Assembly (NCBI GenBank): GCA_964291265.2
Contig: OZ219747.1
Coordinates: 960,001-1,024,000, forward strand
Direction: 5' to 3'
DNA: 64,000 bases
Source of the DNA: Alphaproteobacteria bacterium
GTDB taxonomy: Bacteria > Pseudomonadota > Alphaproteobacteria > SP197
Part shown: in pieces, positions 1 through 10,797 of the stretch
Layout: each line of letters begins with the position of its first letter
Numbering within the stretch: the first letter of the stretch is position 1
The notes under the pieces: model-generated
Told to the model about the DNA's origin: nothing
What the model saw: only the letters and a program-made list of their open reading frames with translations
The model's database searches: none
Position numbers and translations under genes: made by a program

Positions 1-899
1 GTTCGAAGGCAAGGCCGTAGAGAGTCCTTTGCTCTCCCGATGGCGGCTTGCCGTCGACGATCCAGCTGCGCGAGATGTCCGCCGAATAGCCCATCGGACC
101 GACGAGGTCGGAATCCAGGCTCACCATGTCGCCAGCCTCGACGCGTCGGTTCGATGCTTCCTGGTACCAGAGGTTGGTGCGTGGGCCGGAACTGAAGAGC
201 CTCGTCTCGATCCACTCCCCACCCAGGCGGATGTTGGTTTCGTGAAGGACTGACCGGATCGCGTTCTCGGTCATGCCTGACCGTGTGGCTTCCATCATGC
301 GGGCGATGCCGGTCTGGCAGACCGCAACCGCATCGCGCAGGGCGTCGACCTCTTCAGGTGTCTTGATGCGGCGCGCACGCTCCGCCACCTCGCGGCCGTC
401 AACCACCGGGCATCCCGTTTCCCGAAGGCGATCCAGGTCCCTGGGGGTCCACACGGTCAATGGCCATTCGCCCGTTGCCGCCACCGTGGATCGCCACCAG
501 GTCGAGCATTTCCGCTGCCCAGAGACCGGCCGCGTCACCGGTCGTCGGGCCCGAGACGCTGAAGTACCACGGGACGGCATCGCGAACCTCGTTCACGGCA
601 ACGCAGTTCCTCGAAAGATGCCCGCACCCCCTGAACTCGAAGAGCACCACGGGCCCCTCCACGGGCACGATGACATACCGGCAGGGATTGTGAAGGGCCT
701 AGACCTGCATGTTCGAGGTGCCGGTGGCATAGCGGATGTTGACCGGGTCATAGAAGAGACCGGCCCCGCAATCGGCCCGTGCGATCTCGCTTCTCAAGCG
801 GGCGAGCCTGCCGAGATCCAGGCGCTCGCGCCATTCCTGTCCCCGGTCCGGCAAAGGGTCGGCGCCCGTCGCCGGGACGGTTGTCGGGGTGTCGTTCAT
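1..899 (-). pseudogene. M24-family metallopeptidase-fold protein, DddP-like (DMSP lyase-like), disrupted; runs off the window edge
   Basis: Manual translation gives FYDPVNIRYATGTSNMQV*ALHNPCRY and later GGEWIETRLFSSGPRTNLWYQE...DSDLVGPMGYSADISRSW. In-frame TAG at 699-701 sits where Trp is expected, and a frameshift near 435-440 restores ERARRIKTPEEV. Confidence 0.75.
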
Positions 900-1062
900 G
901 GCGACCATCAAGCATGTCCCGGGCCGTCGCGCAACTCTGCTTCGTGTCCGGCTGCGCCGGCGCCGGGTCCGGGGTGGCGGGAGACCGTCAACCGGTGCTA
1001 TGGAGACCGTGCCTCCGGGGATGTCCGGAGCGTGTCCTGGAGAACAAGGGAGACCTGAAGCC

Positions 1063-2367
1063 ATGGCTGACACAAGGGACGCCATCGTGATCGGAGCGGG
1101 GATCATCGGCGCCAGCACGGCGCGTGAACTTGCCGCGCGGGACATGGATGTCCTGTCCATCGACCGGTTGCCGGCGGCCAGCTACGGCTCGACGGCCAAC
1201 TCCTGCGCCATCGTCCGCCCCTACTATTCCACGGTGCACGGATCGGCCATCGCCTACGAGAGCCATTTCTACTGGTCCGACTGGGAGAACTACTGCGGGG
1301 TGGTCGATGAACGCGGCATGGCGCGATACCACGATGTCGGCTGCATGATCATGAAGACGCGGCAGAACGACTTTCTCCAGAACATCCTCAAGGTCATGGA
1401 CGAGATCGGCTGCCCCTACCAGGAACTCACGCCCGAGGAGGTCTGCCAGCGCATGCCGTCCGTGTCGACGGCGTGTTTCGGTGAACCGCGCCGCACCGAT
1501 GATCCGGAATTCGGCGAGTCCCTTGGCCGCGAGATCGTCGGCGCCGCCTATTTCCCGCGCGGCGGCTATATCTCGGACCCGCAACTTGCCGGACACAACG
1601 TCCAGAGAGCCGCGGAAATGCGCGGCGCATCGTTCCGCTTCAATGCCACCGTCGCCGCCATCCGCCGCGACAACGGACGCGTGAAGGGCGTCACCCTCGA
1701 CAATGGCGAGGAGATCGATGCCCCCGTGGTGGTCAACGTCGCCGGCCCGCACTCGTCGAAGGTCAACGAGATGGCGGGTCTTGCCGGCACCATGCGCATC
1801 ACGACGCGCGCCCTGCGCCACGAGGTCGCCCACGTTCCGGCGCCGGACGACTACGATTCCCGTGTCAGTCATGTCTTTTCGGATAGCGAGATCGGCACCT
1901 ATTGCCGCCCCGAGACGGGCCACCACATCCTCATCGGCAGCGAGGATCCGGCCTGCGACGACAGGGAATGGGTTGACCCCGATGACTATCTCCAGGAATT
2001 CACGGGCATGTGGACAACCCTTGTCATGCGCCAGGCGCAACGCTTTCCGGGACTGAAGATTCCGGGTTCCGCGGCGCGGGGCGCGGTCGACCTCTATGAT
2101 GTCACCGAGGACTGGGGCCCCATCTACGACAGGTCGGACCTTGGCGGCTTCTACCTGGCGATCGGCACCAGCGGCAACCAGTTCAAGAACGCACCCATCG
2201 CCGGCGAGATGATGGCGACCCTGATCGCCGCCTGCGAGGGAGGCCAGGATCATGATGTCGAGCCGGTGAGCTTCCATCTGCCGCACATCGATCGCGACAT
2301 CGACATGTCCTTCTTCTCGCGCAATCGGGAGATCAACCAGGACAGTTCCTTCTCCGTTCTGGGATAG
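1063..2367 (+). CDS. FAD-dependent oxidoreductase, DAO/sarcosine oxidase beta-like
   Basis: N-terminal GAGIIG FAD motif and C-terminal GTSGNQFK. Start moved to ATG 1063, after a purine-rich RBS. Confidence 0.85.
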   Translation: MADTRDAIVIGAGIIGASTARELAARDMDVLSIDRLPAASYGSTANSCAIVRPYYSTVHGSAIAYESHFYWSDWENYCGVVDERGMARYHDVGCMIMKTRQNDFLQNILKVMDEIGCPYQELTPEEVCQRMPSVSTACFGEPRRTDDPEFGESLGREIVGAAYFPRGGYISDPQLAGHNVQRAAEMRGASFRFNATVAAIRRDNGRVKGVTLDNGEEIDAPVVVNVAGPHSSKVNEMAGLAGTMRITTRALRHEVAHVPAPDDYDSRVSHVFSDSEIGTYCRPETGHHILIGSEDPACDDREWVDPDDYLQEFTGMWTTLVMRQAQRFPGLKIPGSAARGAVDLYDVTEDWGPIYDRSDLGGFYLAIGTSGNQFKNAPIAGEMMATLIAACEGGQDHDVEPVSFHLPHIDRDIDMSFFSRNREINQDSSFSVLG

Positions 2368-2374
2368 CAGCGCG

Positions 2375-4789
2375 ATGCGCTCCCACGTGCGTGTGGCCGT
2401 CATCGGCGGCGGCGTTGTCGGATGCAGTGTCCTCTACCACCTGACGAAGTTCGGCTGGACCGATGTCATGCTCATCGAGCGCTCGGACCTGACATCGGGC
2501 TCGACGTGGCATGCGGCGGGCGGCTTCCACACGTTGAACGCCGATCCCAACATCGCGGCCCTGCAGGGCTACACCATCCGCCTCTATCGCGAACTCGAGG
2601 AGATCACGGGCCTGTCCTGCGGTCTTCACCATGTCGGCGGCCTGACCATTGCCGAAACACCCGACAGGATGGACTTCCTCAAGGCCGAACGGGCCAGGCA
2701 CCGTCACATGGGGCTCGAAACCGAGATCGTCGGCCCGGGCGACATTGCTCAATTCACCCCCATCATCAATGCGAAGGGTCTCCTCGGCGCACTCTGGGAC
2801 CCTCTCGACGGACACCTTGACCCTTCCGGAACCACCCATGCCTATGCCCGCGCGGCGCGCATGGCCGGGGCCGACATCTCGCTCCACAACCGCGTGCTCG
2901 AACTGCACCGGAAGAGAGATGGCAGGTGGGATGTCGTCACCGAGAAGGGGTCCGTCGTTGCCGAGCATGTCGTCAACGCCGCCGGACTGTGGGCCCGCGA
3001 AGTGGGCATGATGGCGGGTGTCCGCCTGCCTCTCCACCCGCTCGAGCACCAGTACCTCGTCACCGGCGACATTCCGGAAGTCCACGGGCATGGGAAGGAA
3101 CTTCCCCATGTCATGGACCCCGCCGGTGAAAGCTACCTCAGGCAGGAGGGCCGGGGTCTCGTCATCGGCATCTACGAGCAGGCGTGCCGGCACTGGGCCG
3201 TCGACGGCACGTCCTGGGACTTCGGGCACGAACTCCTTGCCGACGATGTCGACCGCATTGCCGGACCGCTGGAAACCGCCTACCGGCGTTATCCCGTGCT
3301 GCAGTCTGCCGGAATCAAGCGCATCATCAACGGTCCCTTCACCTTCGCTCCCGATGGCAATCCACTTGTGGGGAGGGTTCCGGGCCTGGACGGGTACTGG
3401 GCCTGCTGCGCCGTCATGGCCGGGTTCAGCCAGGCCGGAGGCGTCGGACTGGCCCTCGCCGAATGGATGATCGAGGGCGAGCCGTCACGGGACATCTTCG
3501 CCATGGACGTGGCGCGTTTCGGAGACTGGACGACGCCGGCCTGGACCCGTGCGAAGACACGCGAGAACTACCAGAGGCGCTTCGCCATCGCCTATCCCAA
3601 CGAGGAACTTCCTGCCGGGCGCCCCTTCCACACGACGCCGGCCCATGCCGTATGGCAGGAGCGCCGCGCCGTCTTTGGCAGCGCCTTCGGCATGGAACAT
3701 GTCAACTACTTCGCACTGCCGGGTGAGCCGCTCTGGGAGACACCGAGTTTTCGCCGCTCCAATGCCTTTGCCGCGACGGCCCGTGAGTGCCGGGGCGTTC
3801 GCGAGGGCGTGGGCATCAACGAGATCCACAATTTCTCGAAGTTCCGCATCGAGGGGGAGGGCGCCGCGGCCTGGCTCGACGGCATCATGGCCGGGCGCGT
3901 ACCGAAGGAGGGACGACTCACGCTGTCGCCGCTTCTCAACAAGCGTGGCCGCCTGGCGGGAGACTTCACCATCGCGAGCGACGGGCCGGAGAGTTTCAGG
4001 GTGCAGGCGAGCTACGTGGCGCAGGATGCCCACATGCGCCTCTTTCTCGATCTCCTGCCCGGGAACGGGGTGACGGTCACCAACATCTCGCGGGCTCTCG
4101 TCGGATTCCAGATTGCCGGACCACGCGCCCGCGACCTTCTTCAGCGCACCACGGATGCCGATGTGTCTGGAAACGCCATGCCCTTCCGCGCTGTCCGCCA
4201 CATCACCGTCGGCGAGGTCGCGGCCACCGTGCAGAGAGTGAGCTACACCGGGGATCTCGGCTACGAGATCTACGTGCCCATCGCCTTGCAGAATGCCCTC
4301 TTCGAGACACTCCTGGGCGAAGGCGCCGGTCTCGGTCTGGCGCCCTTCGGCATGCGCGCCATGATGAGTCTGCGCCTGGAGAAATCCTTCGGTTCGTGGC
4401 TGCGCGAATACCGGCCCGACTACACCGCCGCCGAGACCGGGCTCGATCGCTTCATCGCCTTCGACAAGCAGGACTTCCCTGGCCGTGACGTGGCCTTGAG
4501 GGAGGCGGCGGAAGGAACCGGCAGGCGCCTTGTGACGTTCGTCGTCGATGCCGCCGATGCCGACTGCGTCGCCGATGAACCGGTGTGGAGGGACGGGGAA
4601 GTCGTCGGTTTCGTCACGTCGGGGGGATACGCCCACCACGTGGAGAAGTCCGTGGCCCTGGGTTTCGTGCCGGTCGACATGACGGAGGCGGGCGGCGAAT
4701 TCCTGATCGAGATCCTGGGCGACAGGCGCCGTGCCGTCATCGTTGAGGCGCCGCTCTTCGATCCGTCCGGTTCACGCATGCGCATGTAG
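2375..4789 (+). CDS. GcvT-family FAD/folate enzyme (dimethylglycine dehydrogenase-like)
   Basis: IGGGVVG, TSGSTWHAAG, NGPFTFAPDG and SYTGDLGYEI motifs; 804 aa. Confidence 0.9.
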   Translation: MRSHVRVAVIGGGVVGCSVLYHLTKFGWTDVMLIERSDLTSGSTWHAAGGFHTLNADPNIAALQGYTIRLYRELEEITGLSCGLHHVGGLTIAETPDRMDFLKAERARHRHMGLETEIVGPGDIAQFTPIINAKGLLGALWDPLDGHLDPSGTTHAYARAARMAGADISLHNRVLELHRKRDGRWDVVTEKGSVVAEHVVNAAGLWAREVGMMAGVRLPLHPLEHQYLVTGDIPEVHGHGKELPHVMDPAGESYLRQEGRGLVIGIYEQACRHWAVDGTSWDFGHELLADDVDRIAGPLETAYRRYPVLQSAGIKRIINGPFTFAPDGNPLVGRVPGLDGYWACCAVMAGFSQAGGVGLALAEWMIEGEPSRDIFAMDVARFGDWTTPAWTRAKTRENYQRRFAIAYPNEELPAGRPFHTTPAHAVWQERRAVFGSAFGMEHVNYFALPGEPLWETPSFRRSNAFAATARECRGVREGVGINEIHNFSKFRIEGEGAAAWLDGIMAGRVPKEGRLTLSPLLNKRGRLAGDFTIASDGPESFRVQASYVAQDAHMRLFLDLLPGNGVTVTNISRALVGFQIAGPRARDLLQRTTDADVSGNAMPFRAVRHITVGEVAATVQRVSYTGDLGYEIYVPIALQNALFETLLGEGAGLGLAPFGMRAMMSLRLEKSFGSWLREYRPDYTAAETGLDRFIAFDKQDFPGRDVALREAAEGTGRRLVTFVVDAADADCVADEPVWRDGEVVGFVTSGGYAHHVEKSVALGFVPVDMTEAGGEFLIEILGDRRRAVIVEAPLFDPSGSRMRM

Positions 4790-4881
4790 GCCTTCCCGGC
4801 AATACAACTTTACACAAGGGCAACAGTCGGGACATGGACGGCGTTCACGATGAGTCCCCTCACCGGAACAGGGATCGATCC

Positions 4882-5340
4882 ATGACCGACATGTCTCACA
4901 AGCCCCGTCACCGCCGCTGGTGGATCGCCGGAGGCATTGCCCTTGCCGTCATCGTGGCCGCGTGCATCGTCTCCTTCGCGTTCCATGGCCATGGCCACGG
5001 CATTGAACGGTTTGCGGAGAAACGCATTGATCGCATGCTGGACAGGGTCGATGCGAGCGATGATCAGCGCGCGGAGATCGCCGGAATCGTCCAGGAGGCG
5101 GTTGCCGACATGAAGGAACTGCGAGGCCTCGTCCGCGAGACCCGGCAGACGCTCATCACGACTCTCGCAGAGGCGAACGTCGACCGCCGGGCGCTGGAGG
5201 AGCTGCGCCGGCAGAGACTGAAAACCATGGATCAGGTGAGCGGGCGTCTCCTCATCGCCCTTGCCGACGTGGCGGAGGTCCTGACCCCCGAACAGCGCCG
5301 CATGCTGGCCGAGCACATGCAGCGCCACGAGCGCCGATGA
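4882..5340 (+). CDS. Spy/CpxP-like periplasmic protein
   Basis: N-terminal TM/signal segment, helical body and C-terminal LTPEQR (LTXXQ) motif; lies upstream of a two-component system. Confidence 0.75.
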   Translation: MTDMSHKPRHRRWWIAGGIALAVIVAACIVSFAFHGHGHGIERFAEKRIDRMLDRVDASDDQRAEIAGIVQEAVADMKELRGLVRETRQTLITTLAEANVDRRALEELRRQRLKTMDQVSGRLLIALADVAEVLTPEQRRMLAEHMQRHERR

Positions 5341-6023
5341 CCCACCTGCTGATGATCGAGGATGACCGGGACCTCGCCGGGATGGTGACGGTCTATCTTG
5401 ACCGGGTGGGCATGACCCTGGAGCACCAGGCCAGCGCTGCCGGGGGCCTTGCCGCCGCAGCAAGGGGCGGGTTCGATGTGGTCATCCTCGATCTCATGCT
5501 TCCCGATGGCGACGGACTCGACGTGTGCCGGGCCATCCGGGCGCGTTCGGACGTTCCCCTCCTGATGCTGACAGCCCGTGGCGCCGAAGAGGACCGTATC
5601 GTCGGCCTCGAGATCGGCGCCGATGACTACCTCGCCAAGCCCTTCAATCCGCGCGAACTCCTGGCGCGCTTGCGCGCCATCCTTCGCCGGCGCACGTCGG
5701 CTCCCGACATCATGCGGTTTGGCCGCCTGGTGATCGACCGGTCGATGCGCCGGGTGACCCTCGACGGCGAGGAGCGGACCCTGACGGGCCACCAGTTCGA
5801 CCTGCTCCTCGCCCTGGCAGAGAATGCGGGACGCGTTCTCAGCCGTGATCAGCTCATGGAAAGGGTGCGAGGTACCTCTCTCGAGGCCTTTGACCGGAGC
5901 ATCGACGTGCACGTCTCGAGAATCAGGGCGGTGATCGAGGATGATCCGGGGGACCCGCGGCGAATCGTCACCCTGCGGGGCGCCGGGTATCTCTTCACCG
6001 GCCGGCGGGACGAAGCGGGGTGA
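5337..6023 (+). CDS. OmpR-family response regulator
   Basis: Receiver domain (LDLMLP, GADDYLAKPF) plus winged helix (DRSIDVHVSRIR, RGAGY). Confidence 0.95.
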   Translation: MTHLLMIEDDRDLAGMVTVYLDRVGMTLEHQASAAGGLAAAARGGFDVVILDLMLPDGDGLDVCRAIRARSDVPLLMLTARGAEEDRIVGLEIGADDYLAKPFNPRELLARLRAILRRRTSAPDIMRFGRLVIDRSMRRVTLDGEERTLTGHQFDLLLALAENAGRVLSRDQLMERVRGTSLEAFDRSIDVHVSRIRAVIEDDPGDPRRIVTLRGAGYLFTGRRDEAG

Positions 6024-7261
6024 GGCGGCGCCTCTTCTTCCAGGTCTATCTCACGTTCCTTGCCATCATCGTTCTCTTCGGCGTGCTGACGGCGCTTGCA
6101 TGGTGGTTCATCCCCGGCGATCGCCGGTCGGGCGAACTGGTCCGGAGCATGGGCGCCTATCTCGGGGAGGTCCTGCCGCAGGCCGGCGCGCCGCGGGACC
6201 GGGTCGATGCGCACCTTGCCAGGCTGGCAGGACACTTCGATGCCCGCTTTACCCTGCTTGCACCCGACGGCCGTATCCTGGGGAGTTCCGATCCCGGTCA
6301 TCCGGGGGAGACAGGTTGGCGCCACTCTCATGCCATCATGCTTCCCGACGGCCGGACCATCGAGGTCGACCGGGTGAGAGGAGATGGCATCGCCGGAGCC
6401 GGATTCCTCCTGGTCCCTGGACTTCTCGCCCTGGTTGCCGCCATCGGCGCCTGGCCCCTGTCACGCCGCCTCTCCGGGCGTCTCGAGCGGCTGAAATCGA
6501 GGGTCGAGGTTCTGGGTTCGGGCGACCTCTCTGCGCGTGTCAGGGTCGAGGGCCGGGACGAGATCGCCGCTCTGGCGACGAGCTTCAACCGGGCGGCGGG
6601 CCGTATCGAGGACCTGGTCGAGGCCCAGCGCAACACCCTTGCGGCGGCGTCCCATGAACTGCGCTCCCCATTGGCGAGGATCGCCGTGGCCGCAGGGCTG
6701 CTGGCCGACCATGCGGATCCTCGTCTTGTCGTCGGAATCGAGCGCGACATAGCGGAGCTCGATCATCTGATCGACGAGATTCTGCTCTGCAGCCGCCTCG
6801 AGATCGAGGAGGGTCAGGCCCGCCTCGACCAGATCGATCTCGGCGCGCTCGCCGCCGATGAGGCGGCCCGCTTCGAGGCCGCGTTCACCGGTGGCTCGGC
6901 CGTCATCGCCGCCGAGGAGCACCTGGTCCGTCATCTCGTGCGCATTCTCCTCGGCAACGCGCGGCGTCACGCCGCGGCAAGTCCGGTGAGCGTCGACGTG
7001 GCGTCTGACGGCCCATGGGTGCGCCTTCGTGTTGCCGACAGGGGTCCCGGAGTCAGCGAATCCAGGAGGGAGAGCATCTTCGAGCCGTTTCGCTCCTTCG
7101 CCGGCGAGGGCAAGGGAGCCGGTCTCGGTCTCTATCTGGTGCGGCGCATTGCGAGACGCTACGGTGGTGACGCAGTCTGCCTCGAGAGGTCAGGCGGCGG
7201 TGCGCTCTTCGAGGTGAGCATACCCCGGCCGGCTGTCGGGAGAGGGGAGCAGGGTCGATGA
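6020..7261 (+). CDS. HAMP sensor histidine kinase
   Basis: Two TM segments, HAMP domain, SHELRSPL H-box, DRGPG and GLGL boxes. Confidence 0.93.
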   Translation: MRRRLFFQVYLTFLAIIVLFGVLTALAWWFIPGDRRSGELVRSMGAYLGEVLPQAGAPRDRVDAHLARLAGHFDARFTLLAPDGRILGSSDPGHPGETGWRHSHAIMLPDGRTIEVDRVRGDGIAGAGFLLVPGLLALVAAIGAWPLSRRLSGRLERLKSRVEVLGSGDLSARVRVEGRDEIAALATSFNRAAGRIEDLVEAQRNTLAAASHELRSPLARIAVAAGLLADHADPRLVVGIERDIAELDHLIDEILLCSRLEIEEGQARLDQIDLGALAADEAARFEAAFTGGSAVIAAEEHLVRHLVRILLGNARRHAAASPVSVDVASDGPWVRLRVADRGPGVSESRRESIFEPFRSFAGEGKGAGLGLYLVRRIARRYGGDAVCLERSGGGALFEVSIPRPAVGRGEQGR

Positions 7262-8385
7262 CAAGCACACTCGATGCCGGTGGCTTTGGTGTCCGTGCCG
7301 AGGATTCCACCACGCTGCCCTCGAGCTGGTACCGGGATCCAGACATCTGGCGCCTCGAGCACGCGGCGATCTTCTACCGTAGCTGGTGGTACCTGGGGCA
7401 TGTCAGCGACCTGCCCCGGTGCGGCGATTATCTCACCGGCAGGATCGTCGATCAGAACGTCGTTGTCATCAGGGGCCACGACGAGGTGTTGCGCGCCTTT
7501 CACAACGTATGCAGTCACCGCGCCCATCCGTTGCTCGAGGGCTGCGGCAACACGGTCTTCATCACCTGCCCCTACCATCAGTGGACCTACGGCACCGACG
7601 GCCGCTTTCGAAACGGCCGGGGATGCGCGCTCCTGGAGGACTGGACAGCGGAGAACGCCGACCTCAAGCCCGTGCGCCTCGAGGACTACGGCGGCTTCCT
7701 TTTCGTCAATCTCGACACTGAAGCGATCCCGCTCGTCAACCAGGCGGGGCGCTTTCTCGAAGACATGCACCGCGCCTGTCCGCGGTTGCCGGACCTGGTG
7801 CGCGCCTGTCGCTGGGAAGTCGACGTGGCAGCGAACTGGAAGACGGTGATCGACAACAACCACGAATGCTATCACTGCGATGCCAATCACCGTTCACTGA
7901 TGGAACTCGTCGACTATGATGGCCAGGCCGTGTGGTCCGATGACGGCATCACCTTCAGCCACAGGATCGCCGCCAGGGACCTCGACAACAGCGCCTACCG
8001 CCTCGATGCGGCGGATGTCGAACAGCAGGAAGCCCTGTTTGGCTACATCTGGCCCACGGCCATCCCCCTCATGTATCCCGGAAGCCCCCACCTGGCGATG
8101 TTCCAGGTTCTGCCCACCGGCCCCGAAACCGCCCGCGAGCGCTGGGATTTCTACTTCACGTCCCGGGAACCCTCCGACCTCGAGATGCGGTTCATGGACT
8201 ACATTCGCGTCGTGCTGGTGGAAGAGGATGTCCGGCTCTGCGAAAATGTCCAGCAGGGTCTGCACTCGCTTGGCTATCATCAGGGGCGGTTCGTCGTGGA
8301 CCGGGATCATCCCGAGTACAGTGAACACCACGTGCACTTCTTCCAGTCCAAGGTGCTCGACTCGCTGAAGTCCGTCACGGGGTGA
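7258..8385 (+). CDS. Rieske non-heme iron oxygenase alpha subunit (quaternary-amine oxygenase-like)
   Basis: CSHR...CPYHQW Rieske motif and NWK...ECYHC...H mononuclear iron motif. Confidence 0.88.
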   Translation: MTSTLDAGGFGVRAEDSTTLPSSWYRDPDIWRLEHAAIFYRSWWYLGHVSDLPRCGDYLTGRIVDQNVVVIRGHDEVLRAFHNVCSHRAHPLLEGCGNTVFITCPYHQWTYGTDGRFRNGRGCALLEDWTAENADLKPVRLEDYGGFLFVNLDTEAIPLVNQAGRFLEDMHRACPRLPDLVRACRWEVDVAANWKTVIDNNHECYHCDANHRSLMELVDYDGQAVWSDDGITFSHRIAARDLDNSAYRLDAADVEQQEALFGYIWPTAIPLMYPGSPHLAMFQVLPTGPETARERWDFYFTSREPSDLEMRFMDYIRVVLVEEDVRLCENVQQGLHSLGYHQGRFVVDRDHPEYSEHHVHFFQSKVLDSLKSVTG

Positions 8386-9283
8386 CCGGGACGAGACGGC
8401 CGAGGACGAATCCGGCAAGGACCAGGAGGCCGATCCGGTTGTTGGCGACGAAGCCCCTGTGGCACGAGGCCGGGTCGTCGAGATCGACGGTGACGAGCTG
8501 CCTTGCCAGATCGGCGGCGGCCATGGCGAGGAGCACCAGGAAGGGCCACCCGGTCCCTGCCAGACAACCGGTCACGGCCACCCCGACAACGAAGACGGCA
8601 TAGAAGAGACCGGTGAGGGGCTTCGTGTTCTCGCCGAAGGCAAGGGCTGTCGACTTCACGCCGACCTCGATGTCATCCGCCTTGTCCTGGTGGGCATAGA
8701 TCGTGTCGTAACCGATCGTCCATGCGACGGCGGCCAGGTAGAGCACAAGGGGCTCCGGCGACAGGGCGCCTCTCACCGCGACCCAGCCCACCAGGGCCCC
8801 CCAGCCGAAGGCGAGACCCAGAAAGAGCTGCGGCCAGTATGTGATGCGTTTCATGAACGGATAGATGACCACGAGGCCAAGGGAGGCGATGCCCGTGATG
8901 ATCGTTGCCTGGTTGAACTGGAGGAGCACGACCAGGCCCGCCGCAAGCAGGAGGCCAAGGAACACGAGGGCGCCCGGCAGCGTGATGGCGCCGCTGGCCA
9001 ACGGTCGATCGCGGGTCCGTTCCACCCTGGCGTCGATGCGCCGGTCGGCGATGTCGTTGACGATGCAGCCGGCGGATCGCATCACCACGGCCCCGGCGGC
9101 GAAGAGGCCGAGGAGAGTCCAGTCCGGCCATCCCGGCGACGCCATGGCAACCGCCCACCAGCAGGGCCACGCCAGGAGCCAGAAACCGGCAGGCCTGTCG
9201 ACGCGCGCCAGGCGCAACCATGGTTGCCATGATGCGGGTGCCCGCGTGTAGACCCACTTCCAGGAGAACGGACGCCGGTTCAT
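8375..9283 (-). CDS. ubiA: 4-hydroxybenzoate polyprenyltransferase
   Basis: RVDRPAG, NDIADRRIDARVERT, YDTIYAHQD and GVKSTA motifs. Confidence 0.95.
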   Translation of the reverse strand: MNRRPFSWKWVYTRAPASWQPWLRLARVDRPAGFWLLAWPCWWAVAMASPGWPDWTLLGLFAAGAVVMRSAGCIVNDIADRRIDARVERTRDRPLASGAITLPGALVFLGLLLAAGLVVLLQFNQATIITGIASLGLVVIYPFMKRITYWPQLFLGLAFGWGALVGWVAVRGALSPEPLVLYLAAVAWTIGYDTIYAHQDKADDIEVGVKSTALAFGENTKPLTGLFYAVFVVGVAVTGCLAGTGWPFLVLLAMAAADLARQLVTVDLDDPASCHRGFVANNRIGLLVLAGFVLGRLVPVTP

Positions 9284-9407
9284 TCAGGCAACTCCCGGGA
9301 TGGCGCACGGCAGTGCCCTGCCTTCGACATTGTCCGCCCACCGGCCTTCTTTGCAAGGGCCCTGAACGCGGGATATCGTGTGCGCCGCCCGGGGAGCTCT
9401 GTCGACC

Positions 9408-10769
9408 GTGTCCATACCTTCCGCACAGAACACCACGCAGGTCACGTCCCGCAGTCAGCTCGTCGAGCATCTGGAATCGGGATGCAAGCCGCCCGAGGAG
9501 TGGCGGGTCGGCACCGAACACGAGAAATTCGCCTACGACGCCGCCACCCGCGCGCCGCTGTCCTACGATGCTCCCAATGGTATCCGCGTCATCCTCGAGG
9601 AGCTGCAGCGCTTCGGCTGGCAGCCGCTCATGGAGGAAGACCGCGTCATCGGGCTGAAGAAGGACAGGCAGCACGTTTCCCTGGAACCGGGCGGACAGGT
9701 GGAACTCTCCGGCGCGCCCCTGAAGACACTCCATGAAGCCTGTCGCGAGGTGAATGCCCACCTGGACCAGTGCCAGGAGATCGCCGAGGAACTCGGCATC
9801 GTCTTCCTCGGCCTGGGGCTGAGGCCTCTCGACCGCCGACAGGACGTGCCATGGATGCCCAAGGGGCGCTACCGGATCATGCGGGAGTACATGCAGAAGG
9901 TCGGGACCATGGGCCTCGACATGATGATCGGCACTTGCACCATCCAGGCCAACCTGGATTTCGGCTCCGAGGCGGACATGGTGAAGAAGTTCAGGGTCGC
10001 CCAGGCGCTGCAGGCGGTGACCACCGCGCTCTTCGCCAACTCGCCCTTCAGCGAGGGCAGGCCGAACGGCTACCTGTCGATGCGCGCCCACATCTGGACC
10101 GACACCGACAATGACCGCAGCGGTCTGCTGAAGTTCGTCACCGAGGACGGGTTCGGATTCGAGCGCTACGTCGACTACGCTCTCGATGTGCCGATGTACT
10201 TCGTGCTGCGCGACGGACGCTACATCGACGCCTCGGGCCAGTCGTTCCGTGATTTCATGGAGGGCCGCCTGCCCGCCCTGCCGGGCGAGATCCCGACGCT
10301 CTCCGACTGGGAAGACCACCTGACCACGCTGTTCCCCGACGTCAGGATCAAGCGATATATGGAAGTGCGCGGCGCCGACGGCGCCAGCTGGCGACGCATC
10401 TGTGCCCTGCCCGCCCTGTGGACCGGTCTGTTCTACGTGGAATCGCAACTCGACGCGGCCTGGGAGATGGTGCGGGACTGGACCTGGGAAGAACAGGTGC
10501 GGATGAAGGCGGATGTGCCGCGGCTCGGCCTGAAGGCGCCGTTCCGGTCGGGAACCGTCCAGGATGTCGCCCGCGAGATGCTGGAGATTTCCTGCGAGGG
10601 ACTCTACCGGAGGCGCTGCTACGACGGCAGCCTCGACGAGGTGCACTTTCTCGACTCGCTGATGGACATCGCGCTGTCGGGGAGGACCCCGGCAGACATC
10701 CTTCTGGATCGATGGGAGAACGCCTGGGGAAGCAGCGTCGACCCGGTGTTCAGCGAATTCTCGTTCTAG
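9408..10769 (+). CDS. gshA: Glutamate-cysteine ligase (alphaproteobacterial/plant type)
   Basis: GTEHEKF, SLEPGGQVELSG, MPKGRY and EVRGAD motifs. Start is uncertain (9378 or 9408). Confidence 0.95.
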   Translation: MSIPSAQNTTQVTSRSQLVEHLESGCKPPEEWRVGTEHEKFAYDAATRAPLSYDAPNGIRVILEELQRFGWQPLMEEDRVIGLKKDRQHVSLEPGGQVELSGAPLKTLHEACREVNAHLDQCQEIAEELGIVFLGLGLRPLDRRQDVPWMPKGRYRIMREYMQKVGTMGLDMMIGTCTIQANLDFGSEADMVKKFRVAQALQAVTTALFANSPFSEGRPNGYLSMRAHIWTDTDNDRSGLLKFVTEDGFGFERYVDYALDVPMYFVLRDGRYIDASGQSFRDFMEGRLPALPGEIPTLSDWEDHLTTLFPDVRIKRYMEVRGADGASWRRICALPALWTGLFYVESQLDAAWEMVRDWTWEEQVRMKADVPRLGLKAPFRSGTVQDVAREMLEISCEGLYRRRCYDGSLDEVHFLDSLMDIALSGRTPADILLDRWENAWGSSVDPVFSEFSF

Positions 10770-10797
10770 ACCCGTGCAGGAAGGGAGCGCTCCAGCC

